DNA from: a virus
Taxonomy: Duplodnaviria > Caudoviricetes
Virus record (IMG/VR): IMGVR_UViG_3300042889_002114
Coordinates: 1 to 58,296 of that record
Length of the DNA: 58,296 bases
Direction: 5' to 3' (one strand)
Shown here: positions 1 through 12,300 of the stretch, in pieces
Position numbering within the stretch: the stretch's first letter is position 1
Layout: each line of letters opens with the position of its first letter
Notes under the pieces: generated by a model
What the model was told of the DNA's origin: nothing
The model's database searches: none
What the model saw: only the letters and a program-made list of their open reading frames with translations
Translations under genes and position numbers: made by a program

Positions 1-519
1 GATCGTTACCTGACGCCGGAAGATCTAGGTATTGCCACGTTGAAGGTAGAGGATTTCGCAAGCGGTCCTGTGGTTGGGGGAGGTACTCTCGTGACTGAGC
101 TGCCAGGTGAGGCCGCTCTAGATGATCAAGCCAAAGAGGATCTAGCCCACTTCCATAGCCGTATGATGAAGCCTCTCTTCGTTCCCGCCGGCTATCCACC
201 AGAGGATAAGGCTGAAGAGCCAGAAGCTGCTTTCCCGTTCATGAAAGAGCTAGAAGAACATGGAACCGTACACGAGGAAGTTGCTGAAAATCCTGCAGCC
301 GTAAAACTAGAAATTGCAGAACAGACCGAGGCTCCAGTAGAGTCAGAAAATGAAGAGGGCACACCTCCTCTGACCGAGAAGGAAAAACTCCTCATCATGC
401 TGGAGAAGAATCCTGAGATTCTTCAAGACATTATCGAGGTAGTGGATACCTACCGGACTCCTACTAATCACACTGTTCAACTACGCGGAAGTCATGACCC
501 TACCAATACCAACGGATGA
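1..519 (+). CDS. hypothetical acidic protein, 5' truncated by window edge
   Basis: Frame is open from base 1 through the 40..519 ORF; Glu-rich. Confidence 0.6.
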   Translation, partial: DRYLTPEDLGIATLKVEDFASGPVVGGGTLVTELPGEAALDDQAKEDLAHFHSRMMKPLFVPAGYPPEDKAEEPEAAFPFMKELEEHGTVHEEVAENPAAVKLEIAEQTEAPVESENEEGTPPLTEKEKLLIMLEKNPEILQDIIEVVDTYRTPTNHTVQLRGSHDPTNTNG

Positions 520-925
520 TATCACTGTCGTAACCGCCCCTGACTTTGCGGAGCCCAGAGGTGGATCCACACTTCTGATACTGGGTGGTGTGGATCTAGA
601 TGCTGCTCCTATTCTGCAAGAGATCAATCGAGTCTGGGACGTCGAGGATCCTTTGGTGGTGTATGTCCAACCTGTGATCACGGCAAGCGATGTGAGCCGC
701 GCCGCGGCACTAGTCCACATTTGTGGCCAAGCGATTGTGATGCTGGATCCTTCCAATGCCTACCTATCTCTGTTGACTTCAACAATTCAATCCGAAATGG
801 GAGTGGTGGTCTCACCATCCGCCGAGCTCAACAACGTAGTGGCTTTCTTGGGCCTCCAGGCTACTTCTAGAATGGATGTCGCTGTCGCGTTCGCGGCGGG
901 CCACCTCAGAAACACGCCTAACTAA
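494..925 (+). CDS. hypothetical protein
   Basis: 143-aa ORF overlapping the upstream stop; co-directional. Confidence 0.6.
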   Translation: MTLPIPTDDITVVTAPDFAEPRGGSTLLILGGVDLDAAPILQEINRVWDVEDPLVVYVQPVITASDVSRAAALVHICGQAIVMLDPSNAYLSLLTSTIQSEMGVVVSPSAELNNVVAFLGLQATSRMDVAVAFAAGHLRNTPN

Positions 926-961
926 ATACCACCAGTACCCCAGCTTTCCCCGAGGCGGCTT

Positions 962-2206
962 ATGACATCCAAGAAAAAACTCAATTGTTCCTTCTGTGGC
1001 AAAACCCAAGATCAGGTAATCAAACTCATCGCCGGACCAGATGTCTTCATCTGCGATGAGTGCATCAAGCTTTGTACTGAAATTGTGGCCGCTGAAGACC
1101 CAGCAAAGGTATCTTTCGATGGCACGATTCCCAGCCCTCGTAAGATCAAAGAATTTCTGGATCAGTACATCATTGGACAAGAAGATGCCAAGCGGGTTAT
1201 GGCAGTCGCGGTGTACAATCATTATCAAAGATTGGCCAATCCCACGGTGGATGAGGTCGAACTCGAGAAGTCCAATATCCTCCTGCTTGGACCAACTGGT
1301 TCTGGTAAGACTCTCATTGCCCAGACCATTGCGAAACTCCTAGACGTTCCCTTTGCGATCGCAGATGCCACCTCGCTTACTGAGGCTGGTTATGTGGGTG
1401 ATGACGTCGAGACTATCATCACCCGCCTGGTACAGAATGCTGATGGTGATATCAGCAAAGCAGAACGTGGCATCATCTACCTCGATGAGGTAGACAAGAA
1501 AGCCAAACGTGGCGAAGGCGTGTCCATCACCCGTGATGTCTCGGGTGAAGGTGTACAACAGGCGTTGTTGAAAATTATCGAAGGCTCTGATGTCCGCGTA
1601 AGCCCCTCAGGTGGTCGCAAACACCCACAGAGTGAAATCATGCCCGTGAACACCAGAAATATTCTGTTCATTGTAGGCGGTGCGTTTGTGGGTCTAGATG
1701 ATATCGTTTCCAAGCGTCTGGACTCAGCGAACGTTTCCATCGGCTTCGGTGGCAAACTCAAAGACACTAAGAAGTCTAGAGAGACGGTAAACGACCTGTT
1801 GAGTCAAGTTGATACGGAAGATCTTGTGAAGTTTGGCCTTATACCAGAGCTGGTAGGTCGACTACCAGTGGTGACGGCCTTGCAAGAATTGAATGAACAA
1901 CAGCTCATTCAAGTTCTTACAGAACCCAAGAATGCCCTCGTGAAGCAATTCGTCAAACGCTTTAAGATTGAAGGTGTGGAACTTGAATTCACTGAAAAAG
2001 CGCTCCACATGATTGCGCATAATGCCGTTGAGCGCCGCACTGGCGCTCGTGGATTACGAGCAGTCATTGAACGCAAACTCATTCCCTTGCAATTCCAACT
2101 ACCTGATCTTGTGGTAGATGGACTTGTAAAGGTTATCATCACAGAAGAAGTCATTTTGGGAATAGGTGAACCTCGATTCACCTATGATACCAAAAAGGCT
2201 AAATGA
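962..2206 (+). CDS. clpX: ATP-dependent Clp protease ATP-binding subunit ClpX
   Basis: N-terminal C4 zinc finger (CSFCGK...ICDEC), Walker [33 protein letters not shown] loop, TGARGLR. Confidence 0.97.
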   Translation: MTSKKKLNCSFCGKTQDQVIKLIAGPDVFICDECIKLCTEIVAAEDPAKVSFDGTIPSPRKIKEFLDQYIIGQEDAKRVMAVAVYNHYQRLANPTVDEVELEKSNILLLGPTGSGKTLIAQTIAKLLDVPFAIADATSLTEAGYVGDDVETIITRLVQNADGDISKAERGIIYLDEVDKKAKRGEGVSITRDVSGEGVQQALLKIIEGSDVRVSPSGGRKHPQSEIMPVNTRNILFIVGGAFVGLDDIVSKRLDSANVSIGFGGKLKDTKKSRETVNDLLSQVDTEDLVKFGLIPELVGRLPVVTALQELNEQQLIQVLTEPKNALVKQFVKRFKIEGVELEFTEKALHMIAHNAVERRTGARGLRAVIERKLIPLQFQLPDLVVDGLVKVIITEEVILGIGEPRFTYDTKKAK

Positions 2207-2254
2207 ATAGTGACACCTTGATGTCAGGGTGTCAGAATACAACAATCAAGGAGA

Positions 2255-2788
2255 TTGACGAACGTGAGTTTTGATTATGTCGTGAATAACGACATCCGTA
2301 GTAAGGACGTCCGACTGGTTGACGCCGGTGGAAACCAAATTGGAGTAGTGAGTCTCAATGACGCACTGAACCGTGCCCGTCAGGCTGGACTGGATCTTGT
2401 GGCCATCAATCCCAAGAGCACTCCGCCGGTTTGTAAGATCCTTGACTATGGTAAATTCAAGTTCGAACAAAGCAAGAAAGACAAAGAGCTTGCTAGGGCC
2501 GCGCGTGAATCTCGCATCGACGTCAAGGAAGTTCAACTCCGACCAGTCATCGATCAGCACGATCTAGAGACCAAAGCTCGCAAGGCGGTGGCGTTCTTGG
2601 CCGCAGGAGACAAAGTCAAGGTTGTCCTCAAATTCCGCGGCCGTGAGATCTCTCATAGTGAATTGGGCCGCAAGGTGATGAATGACTTCTTGGCTCTTCT
2701 GGGTGACCATAAACTGGAGCGCCCCATTACCTTTAACGAACGGCAGATGTTTGCACTGGCCGCGCCCATCGGGGTAAAGACGGACTAA
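2255..2788 (+). CDS. infC: translation initiation factor IF-3
   Basis: VRLVD..G.QIG, LDLV, PPVCKILDYGKFKFE, KEVQLRP, DKVKVVLKFRGRE; AAGGAG RBS before a TTG start. Confidence 0.95.
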   Translation: MTNVSFDYVVNNDIRSKDVRLVDAGGNQIGVVSLNDALNRARQAGLDLVAINPKSTPPVCKILDYGKFKFEQSKKDKELARAARESRIDVKEVQLRPVIDQHDLETKARKAVAFLAAGDKVKVVLKFRGREISHSELGRKVMNDFLALLGDHKLERPITFNERQMFALAAPIGVKTD

Positions 2789-2804
2789 CATTATTGCGTG
2801 AAAG

Positions 2805-2839
2805 CTAGGCCGAGGAGTATTTTTCACTCCTCGGCCTAG
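2805..2839. terminator. inverted-repeat terminator after infC
   Basis: CTAGGCCGAGGAGT...ACTCCTCGGCCTAG 14-bp stem. Confidence 0.65.
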
Positions 2840-2930
2840 TCATCTGTAAATAAAACACAGGAATCGTGCAACTTTTTATTGTGTGGCCAAAAAACAACCG
2901 TTGACGTGATGTCGTGTTCTGCATAGTCTC

Positions 2931-3392
2931 ATGATATCGAGATATTGTCTCCGGCACCCAAGCCCTAGATATCTTCTCGACCCTTTAGGGTGGGCGATAG
3001 ATTACAATCGAGGGCCAAAACCCTCTTGGGTGCGAGAGAATACATTGGTAGAGTCTGTCACTGGTGAGGTCATCGACCTCACCGAATATCGAAAAGGACT
3101 CGGCCGCACCCGTCAGCGCGTACAGATCCAACAAAGTTTTCAGCGTCTGTCTCGTATCGACCTTTTGAATGTCAGTCTCTCCGCCATTCAAGCTTGTAAG
3201 CAGGAATGTCAGGAGAAAGGAATTGACACATCCAAGGAAGGCTTTATTCAGGATATGGAGACGTTGGCGTATTTGATGCAAGGCGCACTTGAGCGTTCTA
3301 TTGCATTGGAGACCGACAACGTCCTCATGTTGGGTGCAATCCGCCTCAACATCCAAGATATGTTGGAGGTAGAAGCCAGTGGAAAAGGTTAA
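2931..3392 (+). CDS. hypothetical protein
   Basis: 153-aa ORF downstream of a TTGACG promoter-like site. Confidence 0.6.
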   Translation: MISRYCLRHPSPRYLLDPLGWAIDYNRGPKPSWVRENTLVESVTGEVIDLTEYRKGLGRTRQRVQIQQSFQRLSRIDLLNVSLSAIQACKQECQEKGIDTSKEGFIQDMETLAYLMQGALERSIALETDNVLMLGAIRLNIQDMLEVEASGKG

Positions 3393-3567
3393 CATTACTT
3401 GCACCCAGACCGGCGTGACGATTGGCGCCGATGTTCTCAAGCGCAGTGATCGCTCCATGCGGGTGGTACTCGATGGGACGAATATCACGCTCAACCTCTC
3501 ACGGGTTGATGCCCGGACGCCCTACATCGGCAACCACGTTGGTCTGGAATTCACCACCAATGGCTAA
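3379..3567 (+). CDS. small hypothetical protein
   Basis: GGAGG RBS, GTG start, overlaps both neighbours. Confidence 0.6.
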   Translation: MEKVNITCTQTGVTIGADVLKRSDRSMRVVLDGTNITLNLSRVDARTPYIGNHVGLEFTTNG

Positions 3568-4078
3568 GCCAATGGATGAATACACCGACGAGGAATGGGA
3601 GGCCGAGAAGGTCGAAGCCCGAGAACGTGCTGAAGCTGAAGCTGCGGCACGGCCGACACTGACGTTCATGGAACGTCTCGCTGAGTTGGCTCGTGAACTC
3701 GAACCTGATATGGATGGAGTCTGTACCGCCGATCAACTACTCAGTGGCATCGACATTCCTCGTAACCTCGCCTTTGAAGAGTTCTGTGTGTTCGCGCGCG
3801 AGTGCATGGAAGATCTTCTCACGCATATCACTCCAGATCCTCGCGCGTTCACTCCGATGGGAGAACTTCGGGTCAAACGCTTTCTCGTGTGGGTGATAGA
3901 TCAACAGCCTGAATTGGCTATCTTGAGTACCAAAGCCATGCTGTCTGTGTACCGGATGCCGATCAAATCAGGCTGGGATGAGTTCGAGGCTATCGCGGTG
4001 AAGTACAAGAAATTCATTGTCGATGCTTCCACCCCACAAGAGCGCAAAACTCCCATCGCTGAACTCATCGGCGAATAA
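3560..4078 (+). CDS. hypothetical protein
   Basis: Probable start MAKPMDEY at 3560, coupled to the upstream stop. Confidence 0.6.
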   Translation: MAKPMDEYTDEEWEAEKVEARERAEAEAAARPTLTFMERLAELARELEPDMDGVCTADQLLSGIDIPRNLAFEEFCVFARECMEDLLTHITPDPRAFTPMGELRVKRFLVWVIDQQPELAILSTKAMLSVYRMPIKSGWDEFEAIAVKYKKFIVDASTPQERKTPIAELIGE

Positions 4079-4644
4079 TGAGCGTCCGCCTCCCAGAGCC
4101 TAGCTTGCTCAGGCAAGTCGTGCCCCGTGATTGGGAACACGCCACGACTCTGAATGGTGTTGAGATCTGGCGGGGCCGAATCATCACCATGGCCGATGAA
4201 CTGCGGCAGCGCAGACTCTATGAACCCTCGGGCGGCTTCCGCTTCCTGTTCTCTGACAACGAGACCAGTAAGGTCGTGGCTGCCGTACGACACGAGGGAA
4301 GGATCGTCAGCTATGCCATGCTGAGTCAGGATGGCTACTATGGTACGGCGCTACCTATGGTGAAGACAGATGTCTGTTTGGGAAACCTAGGAATGTGGAG
4401 TGATCCCGATCACAGGGAACGTGGCCACGCTCGTAAGGCACTCGAGGGTATCTTTCATGCCATACAGGGCCTTATGGAGCTCAACCAGGGTAGGTTCCAC
4501 GTAGTGTGGGCTCAGGCGCATGTTGCTCACTATATGCGTTGTACGGCCCGTAGACGCTTAAGTGATTTCGACTTCGATATCTTGGCCTTCCAGCACCTAG
4601 ATACCAAGCCACGCCAATATCCCAATGGTGTGATTCTACCATAG
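4078..4644 (+). CDS. putative GNAT-family acetyltransferase
   Basis: DPDHRERGHARKAL resembles the acetyl-CoA-binding R/Q-x-x-G-x-A motif. Confidence 0.55.
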   Translation: MSVRLPEPSLLRQVVPRDWEHATTLNGVEIWRGRIITMADELRQRRLYEPSGGFRFLFSDNETSKVVAAVRHEGRIVSYAMLSQDGYYGTALPMVKTDVCLGNLGMWSDPDHRERGHARKALEGIFHAIQGLMELNQGRFHVVWAQAHVAHYMRCTARRRLSDFDFDILAFQHLDTKPRQYPNGVILP

Positions 4645-4699
4645 GTAGATTGACTCCAGATATCCAGAGTGTTAATCTCCAGTTCTCGTGCCATAAATA

Positions 4700-5160
4700 G
4701 GCATTGACATACCTGCCACACAAAAACCCACTCTCGAATACAGGACGGGATGGTTGAGCCGCAGGGGCGAACTGGATTTTCTTAAGTGGGTTGTAGAGCT
4801 CACGGGTGTCGATGCCTTGGGATGCGCCAGTATAAACAAACGCGCCAATGGATGTGAGCTCTCGTGCGACCACGAACTCACTGCTTGATTCGTGCTACTT
4901 GAAAGGTACGAGTCAGGACACCGCTACAAATGGATTCCTAACTGCAAAACCGACAGGGTAACCCCGGTGCTAGACAGCCTCTAGTGTTAGTTTCAAGGTA
5001 TATCAGCGACAGCCTCCAACTGCACCGCCCAACCGAATTCTCCGATACGATAATCGAGCAATACTCTTCTGAGTGACTCTTATCGTATCGGGGATAAAGG
5101 TATGGCTCCTGCCTACTGCAACCTATACTTCGCTTCGCTCTCGTCGCTTCGCCGTACCGG
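4700..5160 (+). ncRNA. candidate large structured non-coding RNA or cis element
   Basis: No credible ORF; TAAATA at 4694; stems GAGCTCAC/GTGAGCTC, TGATTCGT..GAAA..ACGAGTCA and CCGATACGATAA/TTATCGTATCGG. Confidence 0.45.
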
Positions 5161-5186
5161 CCATAATTCGAGAACCAGATCGAAGA

Positions 5187-5411
5187 CTATGGTACGCGAA
5201 CTCTGGCTTCAGATAAGGCTTTCTTCACAATGCACCAGATCACTAGAGTCAGACTCCAGTTGAAGAAAATACCAATGATGATGGCCACCCAAGCGGGTAC
5301 GTTGGTGGAGATCACAATAATCAGACTAACGATGAACTGGATCACAGCCAATCCCAAGCCTTGTAGGAGATCATAGCGCGTGAAGTCACCGAAGAACTTA
5401 CGAATAATCAT
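5187..5411 (-). CDS. small membrane protein
   Basis: Two hydrophobic segments; overlaps the next ORF by 4 nt. Confidence 0.6.
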   Translation of the reverse strand: MIIRKFFGDFTRYDLLQGLGLAVIQFIVSLIIVISTNVPAWVAIIIGIFFNWSLTLVIWCIVKKALSEARVRVP

Positions 5412-5611
5412 CCCTTATCCATCTTCATTTCCACGAGCGCATCCATATTGTTCAGACCCACAGTCATGAGCAGACCCATACTGATCGCTCCCAAGAGATC
5501 CATACCAGCATGTTGGGCAATGTTTGTTGTCACGAAGATCACGATTAGATTGCCTGTGATGTATCGCACTAGATTGAGCCAGGACATCTTCTTCATGCCC
5601 GCCGCATACAA
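5408..5611 (-). CDS. small membrane protein
   Basis: Two hydrophobic segments; purine-rich RBS. Confidence 0.55.
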   Translation of the reverse strand: MYAAGMKKMSWLNLVRYITGNLIVIFVTTNIAQHAGMDLLGAISMGLLMTVGLNNMDALVEMKMDKG

Positions 5612-5699
5612 CTTTCCTTCCTAGGCTACAACCTTTTTATTGAATCTGGATGAGAGTTTTTGTATATTCAGAGTGTTCAACACAAGGAGAAAGCCACCA

Positions 5700-5963
5700 A
5701 TGGCTCACGTAAAGAACAATGGCAAGGAAGTTCACAAGCGCGGTATGTCCGTGGATGTGAAACCGGGTCATACCCCCGATCAGCAGGCTCGTAATATGGA
5801 GAATGCGATCAAGACCCTGAAGCGTCGTATGATGCAAGAAGGCGTCCTTAAGGAACTCCGTGCTCGAGAGTATTTCGAGAGCAAGGGTATCAAGAAGCGC
5901 AAAGCTCTCGCTGAAGCTCGTTCACGCGAGAATAAAGCGCGTAGACTTGCACTTCAAAAGTAA
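5700..5963 (+). CDS. rpsU: ribosomal protein bS21 (phage-encoded)
   Basis: NMENAIKTLKRRMMQEGVLKELRAREYFESKGIKKRKALAEA matches the S21 pattern; AAGGAG RBS. Confidence 0.88.
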   Translation: MAHVKNNGKEVHKRGMSVDVKPGHTPDQQARNMENAIKTLKRRMMQEGVLKELRAREYFESKGIKKRKALAEARSRENKARRLALQK

Positions 5964-5990
5964 CTAGATAGGTTCTAAAGGAGACACCTC

Positions 5991-6137
5991 ATGTTCACAC
6001 TTCTACTCGGTATTGCTATCGGCCTCATCGTTGGCTGGAACTTCCTTCAACAGCCCATCTGGGCCGCGAAGATGGTCCATGACGTCAAGGCCAAGCTTGG
6101 CATGAATGATAACAGCATTCCGCCTTCGGTTAACTGA
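5991..6137 (+). CDS. 48-aa membrane-anchored protein (below ORF-track cutoff)
   Basis: AAGGAG RBS; MFTLLLGIAIGLIVGWNFLQQP... Confidence 0.65.
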   Translation: MFTLLLGIAIGLIVGWNFLQQPIWAAKMVHDVKAKLGMNDNSIPPSVN

Positions 6138-6190
6138 TCCTAGGATCAGTTAACGGGTGCGGCCAGTCCCCGTATAAATAACTGGCCAAT

Positions 6191-6265
6191 GCGGGAGTAG
6201 CTCAGTGGTAGAGCACTTGCTTGCCAAGCAAGATGTCGAGGGTTCGACCCCCTTCTCCCGCTCCA
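6191..6265 (+). tRNA. tRNA-Gly(GCC)
   Basis: Canonical cloverleaf, CTTGC-TTGCCAA-GCAAG, CCA end. Confidence 0.95.
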
Positions 6266-6267
6266 AA

Positions 6268-6292
6268 TGATCCCGGCCTTGTGCCGGGATCA
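6268..6292. terminator. hairpin after tRNA-Gly
   Basis: TGATCCCGGC/GCCGGGATCA. Confidence 0.55.
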
Positions 6293-6343
6293 GCCATATC
6301 AGCCCTTCGATAAATACCCTACAAGCTCTTGTAGGTGTAATCG

Positions 6344-9300
6344 ATGCTCCTCTACCCCATCAGATTTGATGTCTCCCTAAATCCAACCGACTACGTTGAT
6401 CTCGACAACGCTATGCGGTTGCGGATCCAAGACACGACTCTGATCATCAGTCTACAGGATGGCAAGGATACTCTTCTCAATCATGCCAATGTGGGCCTAG
6501 CCTACGCTACTCTGAATGCCATTCTAGTTGAACTGGCCAGTAGTATTGATGCGGCGGGTTGGTATGACATGAAACTGGTCAGCACTCAGCCGGTCGATGT
6601 TCTGAATCTCTACACTGTCGCTCGCTATCAGATCAAAAACAATTCACTGATCATCAGTCTGACAAATCAGGTTGAGATTACCTACAACTTCGCTGACCAA
6701 CCAACTCTGGCAGCGTTTGTGAGTGATTTTGCGGCTGCGCTGGCTGCTTTGCCTCCACAAGCGGCTGGCGGTCTACAACTGAGTGACATCGGCGTCACGG
6801 TTCAGGGCTATGATTCGGGCCTGGATTCTTTGTCTGGATTAACCGGCGCTGGTGTGGTCACCGCAACAGCAACCAACGTCTTCGCAATGCGAGCCATTGG
6901 AGTGTCCTCATCCACTGATATCTTGGATCGTGCCTCGGCAGATTCTCGATATGCTCTTGCGGCCTCATCTGGTGTAACAAGCTTCAACACTAGAACGGGT
7001 ATTGTGACTCTGACGAGTGGTGACGTGACGACCGCACTGACGTTCACTCCTTTGAATGCCGCGACCTACACGGCTGCTGATGTATTGTCCAAGCTTCTTA
7101 CCGTGGATGGTACTGGTTCGCTTCTAGATGCAGACCTCCTGGATGGACAAAACGGATCGTATTATCAGGATGCGGGTAATTTGAATGCCGGTACGATTCT
7201 GTCTGCAAGGCTAACTGGTACCTATGCGATCTCGGTCTCAGGATCAGCAGCAACGCTAACCACGCCTAGAACAATTGGTGGCGTGAGTTTTGATGGATCG
7301 GCCAATATCAACCTACCTGGTGTGAACACCACGGGTAGTCAAAATACCACGGGTTCAGCCGCGACACTGACTACTGGCCGCACGCTGGCCATTACAGGTG
7401 ACCTGACCTGGACATCTCCGTCATTTAACGGGTCTGGCAACGTCACGGCTGCTGGAACGCTAGCCACAGTTAACAGTAATGTGGGCTCATTTGGTTCTAC
7501 TTCTGCTGTTCCGATCATAACAGTCAATGCCAAAGGCCTCATCACTGCGGTGTCGACCGCCGCGTTGGGTACTGCGGCTGTCGCCAATATTGGAACATCC
7601 GGCGCCACCGTACCACTCCTCAATACCAGCAATACTTTCTCGGGTGCCACAACTACCTTTACCGGTAACGTCACCATGGCGAAGGCCTCTCCCACTTGGG
7701 TATTTGATGATACTGCTCAAATCGCACCATCACCCGTTGGTCTGTTCCGTCTCTATTCAGCGGCTGGTAACCTCTATTATACCCGCAACCTTTCTACCAC
7801 TCGTGATTTTTCATCAGAAGCCTCGGTACTTGTGATCAATGGAACCACTGGAGCGATCATATTCACATCCAGTGTTCTGACGGCGGCTGGTAATCAGATA
7901 TGGCACGGTGGTAACGACGGCGCGAGTTCCGGTCTCGATTCCGACCTCCTCGATGGCCAGCAGGGCTCTTTCTACCAGGACGCCGCCAACCTCAACGCAG
8001 GAACGATTCTCGCTGCCCGTATGCCCGCACACACGGGAGACGTTACAAGTTCGGCGGGTTCTGTTGCTCTCACTCTGGCTACGGTCAATAGCAATGTAGG
8101 CTCATTTGGTTCAGCTACGGCTGCTCCAACCTTCACGGTAAACGCCAAGGGTCTACTAACAGCCGCTGGATCGGTAGCTATTACGCCTGCTTGGAGCTCG
8201 ATCACTTCCAAGCCAACTACGATTTCTGGATTCGGTATCACCGACGCGGTTCTCAAGACCGGCGATACTATGACAGGTAACCTCCTGCTGACTGGCGGCG
8301 GCACCTATGCCGAACCGGCTACGATTGCCGGTGTGCTGTCGATGGACACGGTGGGTGGAGACTTCACCATTTCATCCCGATCCAATGGAGGCAGCACCGG
8401 AATTGCTTTCCGGACGTCCTCTTCTGGAACCGGGGCCGTACGGATGCGAATTTCATCGGCCGGAGATGTGGGTATCGGTGCATCTGCGCCCTCCCAGAAA
8501 TTTGCGGTTGATGTTGGTCGCGAACAAGTCTTCGGTGTTGACACACTCGGTTATGTGACAATGCCTCACGCAGACGCCTCTGGCTATTCAGTCTTGAAAG
8601 CTGCATCTGGCCGTGGCTTGCGCTTCATGAGCAATACCACCACGCTCTTTACCTTGCCGTCCAGCCCGGCATCAACTGTCAGTCTTGGATATGCAGCACT
8701 CCAGATCGGAGACTCATCTAGTTCGGGATATTCGATCTACTTGGGCTCAATCGGTAACTCGGATCTCAATCTCCGGGGCGGCGATGGCAACGTGGCACGC
8801 ACCGCTGATGTGATCATTTCTGTTAAGGACAACGTCGAAGTCGCTAGATTTACGGATACTGCTAGACTTGGTATTGGTACTAATGCTCCTAATGCCACTT
8901 TAGGTGTGGTCGGTAGAGCGTTGATCGGCAACGTCGATGTGGGTGGTGTACTTGGAGTCTACAATGCGTCGAGCGGCACCGTTGCCGCCTTCCAGTCTAA
9001 TGGTGCAGCCAACGGCGACACGATACTCGCAGTCAATCAAGGTGGGACCACTGTTACGGGCTCGGTCTATGGCTTCAAAGCCGGTATGTCCTGTACTTCA
9101 GACGCGTTGGCAACGGTTCAGCAGGGCGGTGCAGGTAATGCGGTGTTTGAGTCGCTCGTGCTTGGTGTTGGTGATGCTCTCTCAAGATACTCAATTAATG
9201 GTGGTGCAGCATGGTCTGTCGGACTTGATAATTCTGACGGCGATAAATTCAAAATTGCAGGGTCCGGTTCACTTGGTACTACAGACAGGCTGACTATTGA

Positions 9301-12300
9301 TTCTTCCGGTAATGTCGGTATCGGAACAACATCACCACTTGCCAAACTTCATGTTGACGCACATGGTTCTCTGACAGGTGGTGAACCCACTTACCGTGGC
9401 AATCTGATCATCTATCAGGGCAATAACATCGAAGCTGGTCACGGTGGTCTCGAATTCAAGGTCGACAATTCAAGTAGTGGGTACGGAAGTAGAATCCTGA
9501 ACGTATTCGACGGCAGCGCGTCATACGATGTGCGTTTCCAGACCCGCTCCAATTCGTCGGCGTGGACGACTCGTATGAGTATCGGAGGCTCCGCGGGTAG
9601 GGTGGGTGTTGGGACAACTTCACCCCTCACCCTATTCCACGCCGCAGGAACGGCAACATTTGGAGCCGGAAACCAAGGCTCACTCATTGGTAGCTCAGCG
9701 GTAAACATCCACAGTTCATCCGGTAGTGTTGCTTCGCTGACTATATGGCAAAATGGTGTCGCCTCTAGTCAGTTTGGACACAAAGCCAATGACACCAATC
9801 TGTATATCACGAACGATTATGCTGGTGCTGGACTTGGTTATGCGGTAACCTCGATAGCTCTTACAAGCGGTGGTGACGTCGGTGTCGGAACGACGACCCC
9901 GGCGCATAAGCTCGACGTCGCTGGAACTTTCCGACACACTGGTGTGATCACAAACGCCGCTGGGATAAAGACTTACAGCGTTGCGCCAGCCAACCAAGGC
10001 AACGTCAACTCCACCTATGAAATTATGCGGATCAGTAGAGACCCACTAAACTGGTCGAACAATATGCCGTATGAGATCACTGTCTACAGCAAGTATTACC
10101 AGTCTGGTGGTATGACTAAATGGCTTCTTTCGTATGGTTACGAATCTAATGGAACCCTCTCGTGTATTGATGCTCGTGGCGCACAGAAATTCAGGGTATA
10201 TTTGGGTGCGGAGGTTACCGTCAACGCCAACGTGGCGTATCGCCCAGTGTTCGTCGATATACCGAACTACTACGATGTGGCGATTGAAGTTAAGTTCAGT
10301 ACCAATGTCGTAACCAGCATCACTGACGAATCTCAGGTGCATTTCACCGGTACCATGGCTGTGGGCACGGGAACTCTTTACTCTGGCGACACCCACATCG
10401 TTCCTGATGGTGGAAATGTGGGTATTGGGACGACTTCTCCCGGCACCATTCTTGCTGTCCGAGATCCAGGTACCGGCCTCGGCTTTACAAACGCCGCTGG
10501 TGGTAACCTCAACATTGGTCTACTCGCCGGCACTGGATCTTCTCTGGGATACATCTTTCAGAGGGCTAATGCTGATCTAATCTTCGGGACGAACAATACT
10601 GAGACTTTACGCATCCTTGCAAACGGCAACGTGGGTATTGGGACGTCTTCACCGGATGCCAAACTCCACGTTGTGGGTTCTATTGCAGTTATTGACTCAA
10701 TATCAAACCCGGCAATCTACATTGGTGAAGCGTTTACGGGTGGCAACTACGGTTACCTTACTTGGGACAGGGCAAGTGATCTCCTCCAGCTAGGCACTCA
10801 AACATTCGGCCCCACCGTCACGATAAATGAATCTGGTAACGTGGGTATAGGAGAAAGCTCGCCATCTGAAAGATTAGTCGTCGCTGGCCAAGGAACTGGT
10901 CGAATGCTGGTGGGTGATGTTGGTTTTGGTGATGGCTACACCGGATTGAGCATGAACGGTGTGCTCTCATCCACGAATTACAATCTCTTGGGGTCGCCGG
11001 GCCAGAACCATCTTTGGATCAATAGAGCGACGGGTGGTAACATATATTTCCGTGAAGGGAATACTGATCAAGTAACCATTCAAGCCACCACGGGTAACGT
11101 GGGTATTGGTAATACGAATCCGGCCGCCGGAAAACTCCAAGTTTCTTATACCAACCCGGTTGGTGTACCAGCGGCGGGTATCGCAGGTCATGCTATCGCA
11201 GCAGGCACCTCTGGATATGGTGCGGCAATAGGCGTATTGACTAGTGGCAATGTTTACCTTCAAGCGACTCGTTGGGATGGTCTCGCCACGAATTACGATT
11301 TACTACTCCAACCCAATGGGGGTAACGTCGGAATAGGCATGACTGATCCTGCATACCAGTTTGAAGTTGGAAAGACTACTGGTGGAACTCTTGCTGTTTC
11401 TACTACCGGACAGGCAGGACTAAATGTTAGTCCTCTAATTCCAACTATCAACTTCCTTGGCTATCTCGATAAGGTCAAAGCCGCGATCACCGCAGAAGAT
11501 CGAGAAGGAAACGTTCTCGGCGGCTGGTTGAACTTCCATACGATGGATACCAGCAACGTGTCTCAAAAGCGCGTCACTATTGATCCATCGGGTAATTTTG
11601 GAATTGGCATTGCCGTTCCACTATCGAGGCTTCATACCTACAGAAATGGTTCAGCCGCTACCGCATCTCTCACTATTGAAGAAGCTGGAACTGGTGATGC
11701 CTCGCTGTCCTTCCTCCTAACAGGTGCAATCCAATGGAGCATGGGTCTCGATAACAGTGATTCTGATAAGTTCAAAATCTCTGCAAGTTCTGCATTGGGA
11801 ACGACTGACTACCTCTCGATTGACGGCGCGGGTGCAACTGCGTTCACATCCTCGACACTAACGGCTGGCGGGAACACTGTCTGGCACGCTGGTAATGATG
11901 GTGCTGGAACAGGTCTTGACGCTGACACCGTCGACGGCATTCAAGCAGCGGTTTTGGTCAGAACTAACGTAGATGCTCAGAATATTGGAGTCGCATCCCT
12001 ATACCTTAACGGAGGCCGTGGCCTCTCTATGGGTTACTCGGGTGGCAACTATGGCGGCATCGGTTACAACATCACTTATACGGGAACAAGTGATACTCAC
12101 ATTGCGCCATCCACCGACACCGCCTCGCGCTTGGATTTCACCTCCGGTGGTATGACCCTTTGGGGTAACGCGGCTGGCCTGGCTGGTCGAACTGTTACGT
12201 GGACTACTCTCCTTCAAGTACCACTTTCTGGAAACATGCTTCTCCGGGGTGATGCCGTTTGGACTGCAGGTAACGATGGCGCCTCATCTGGCCTAGATGC

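Noticed and set aside
4700-5160. Group I intron or RNase P RNA
   Set aside because: No interrupted gene, no convincing P7 pairing and no RNase P GAGGAAAGUCC motif.
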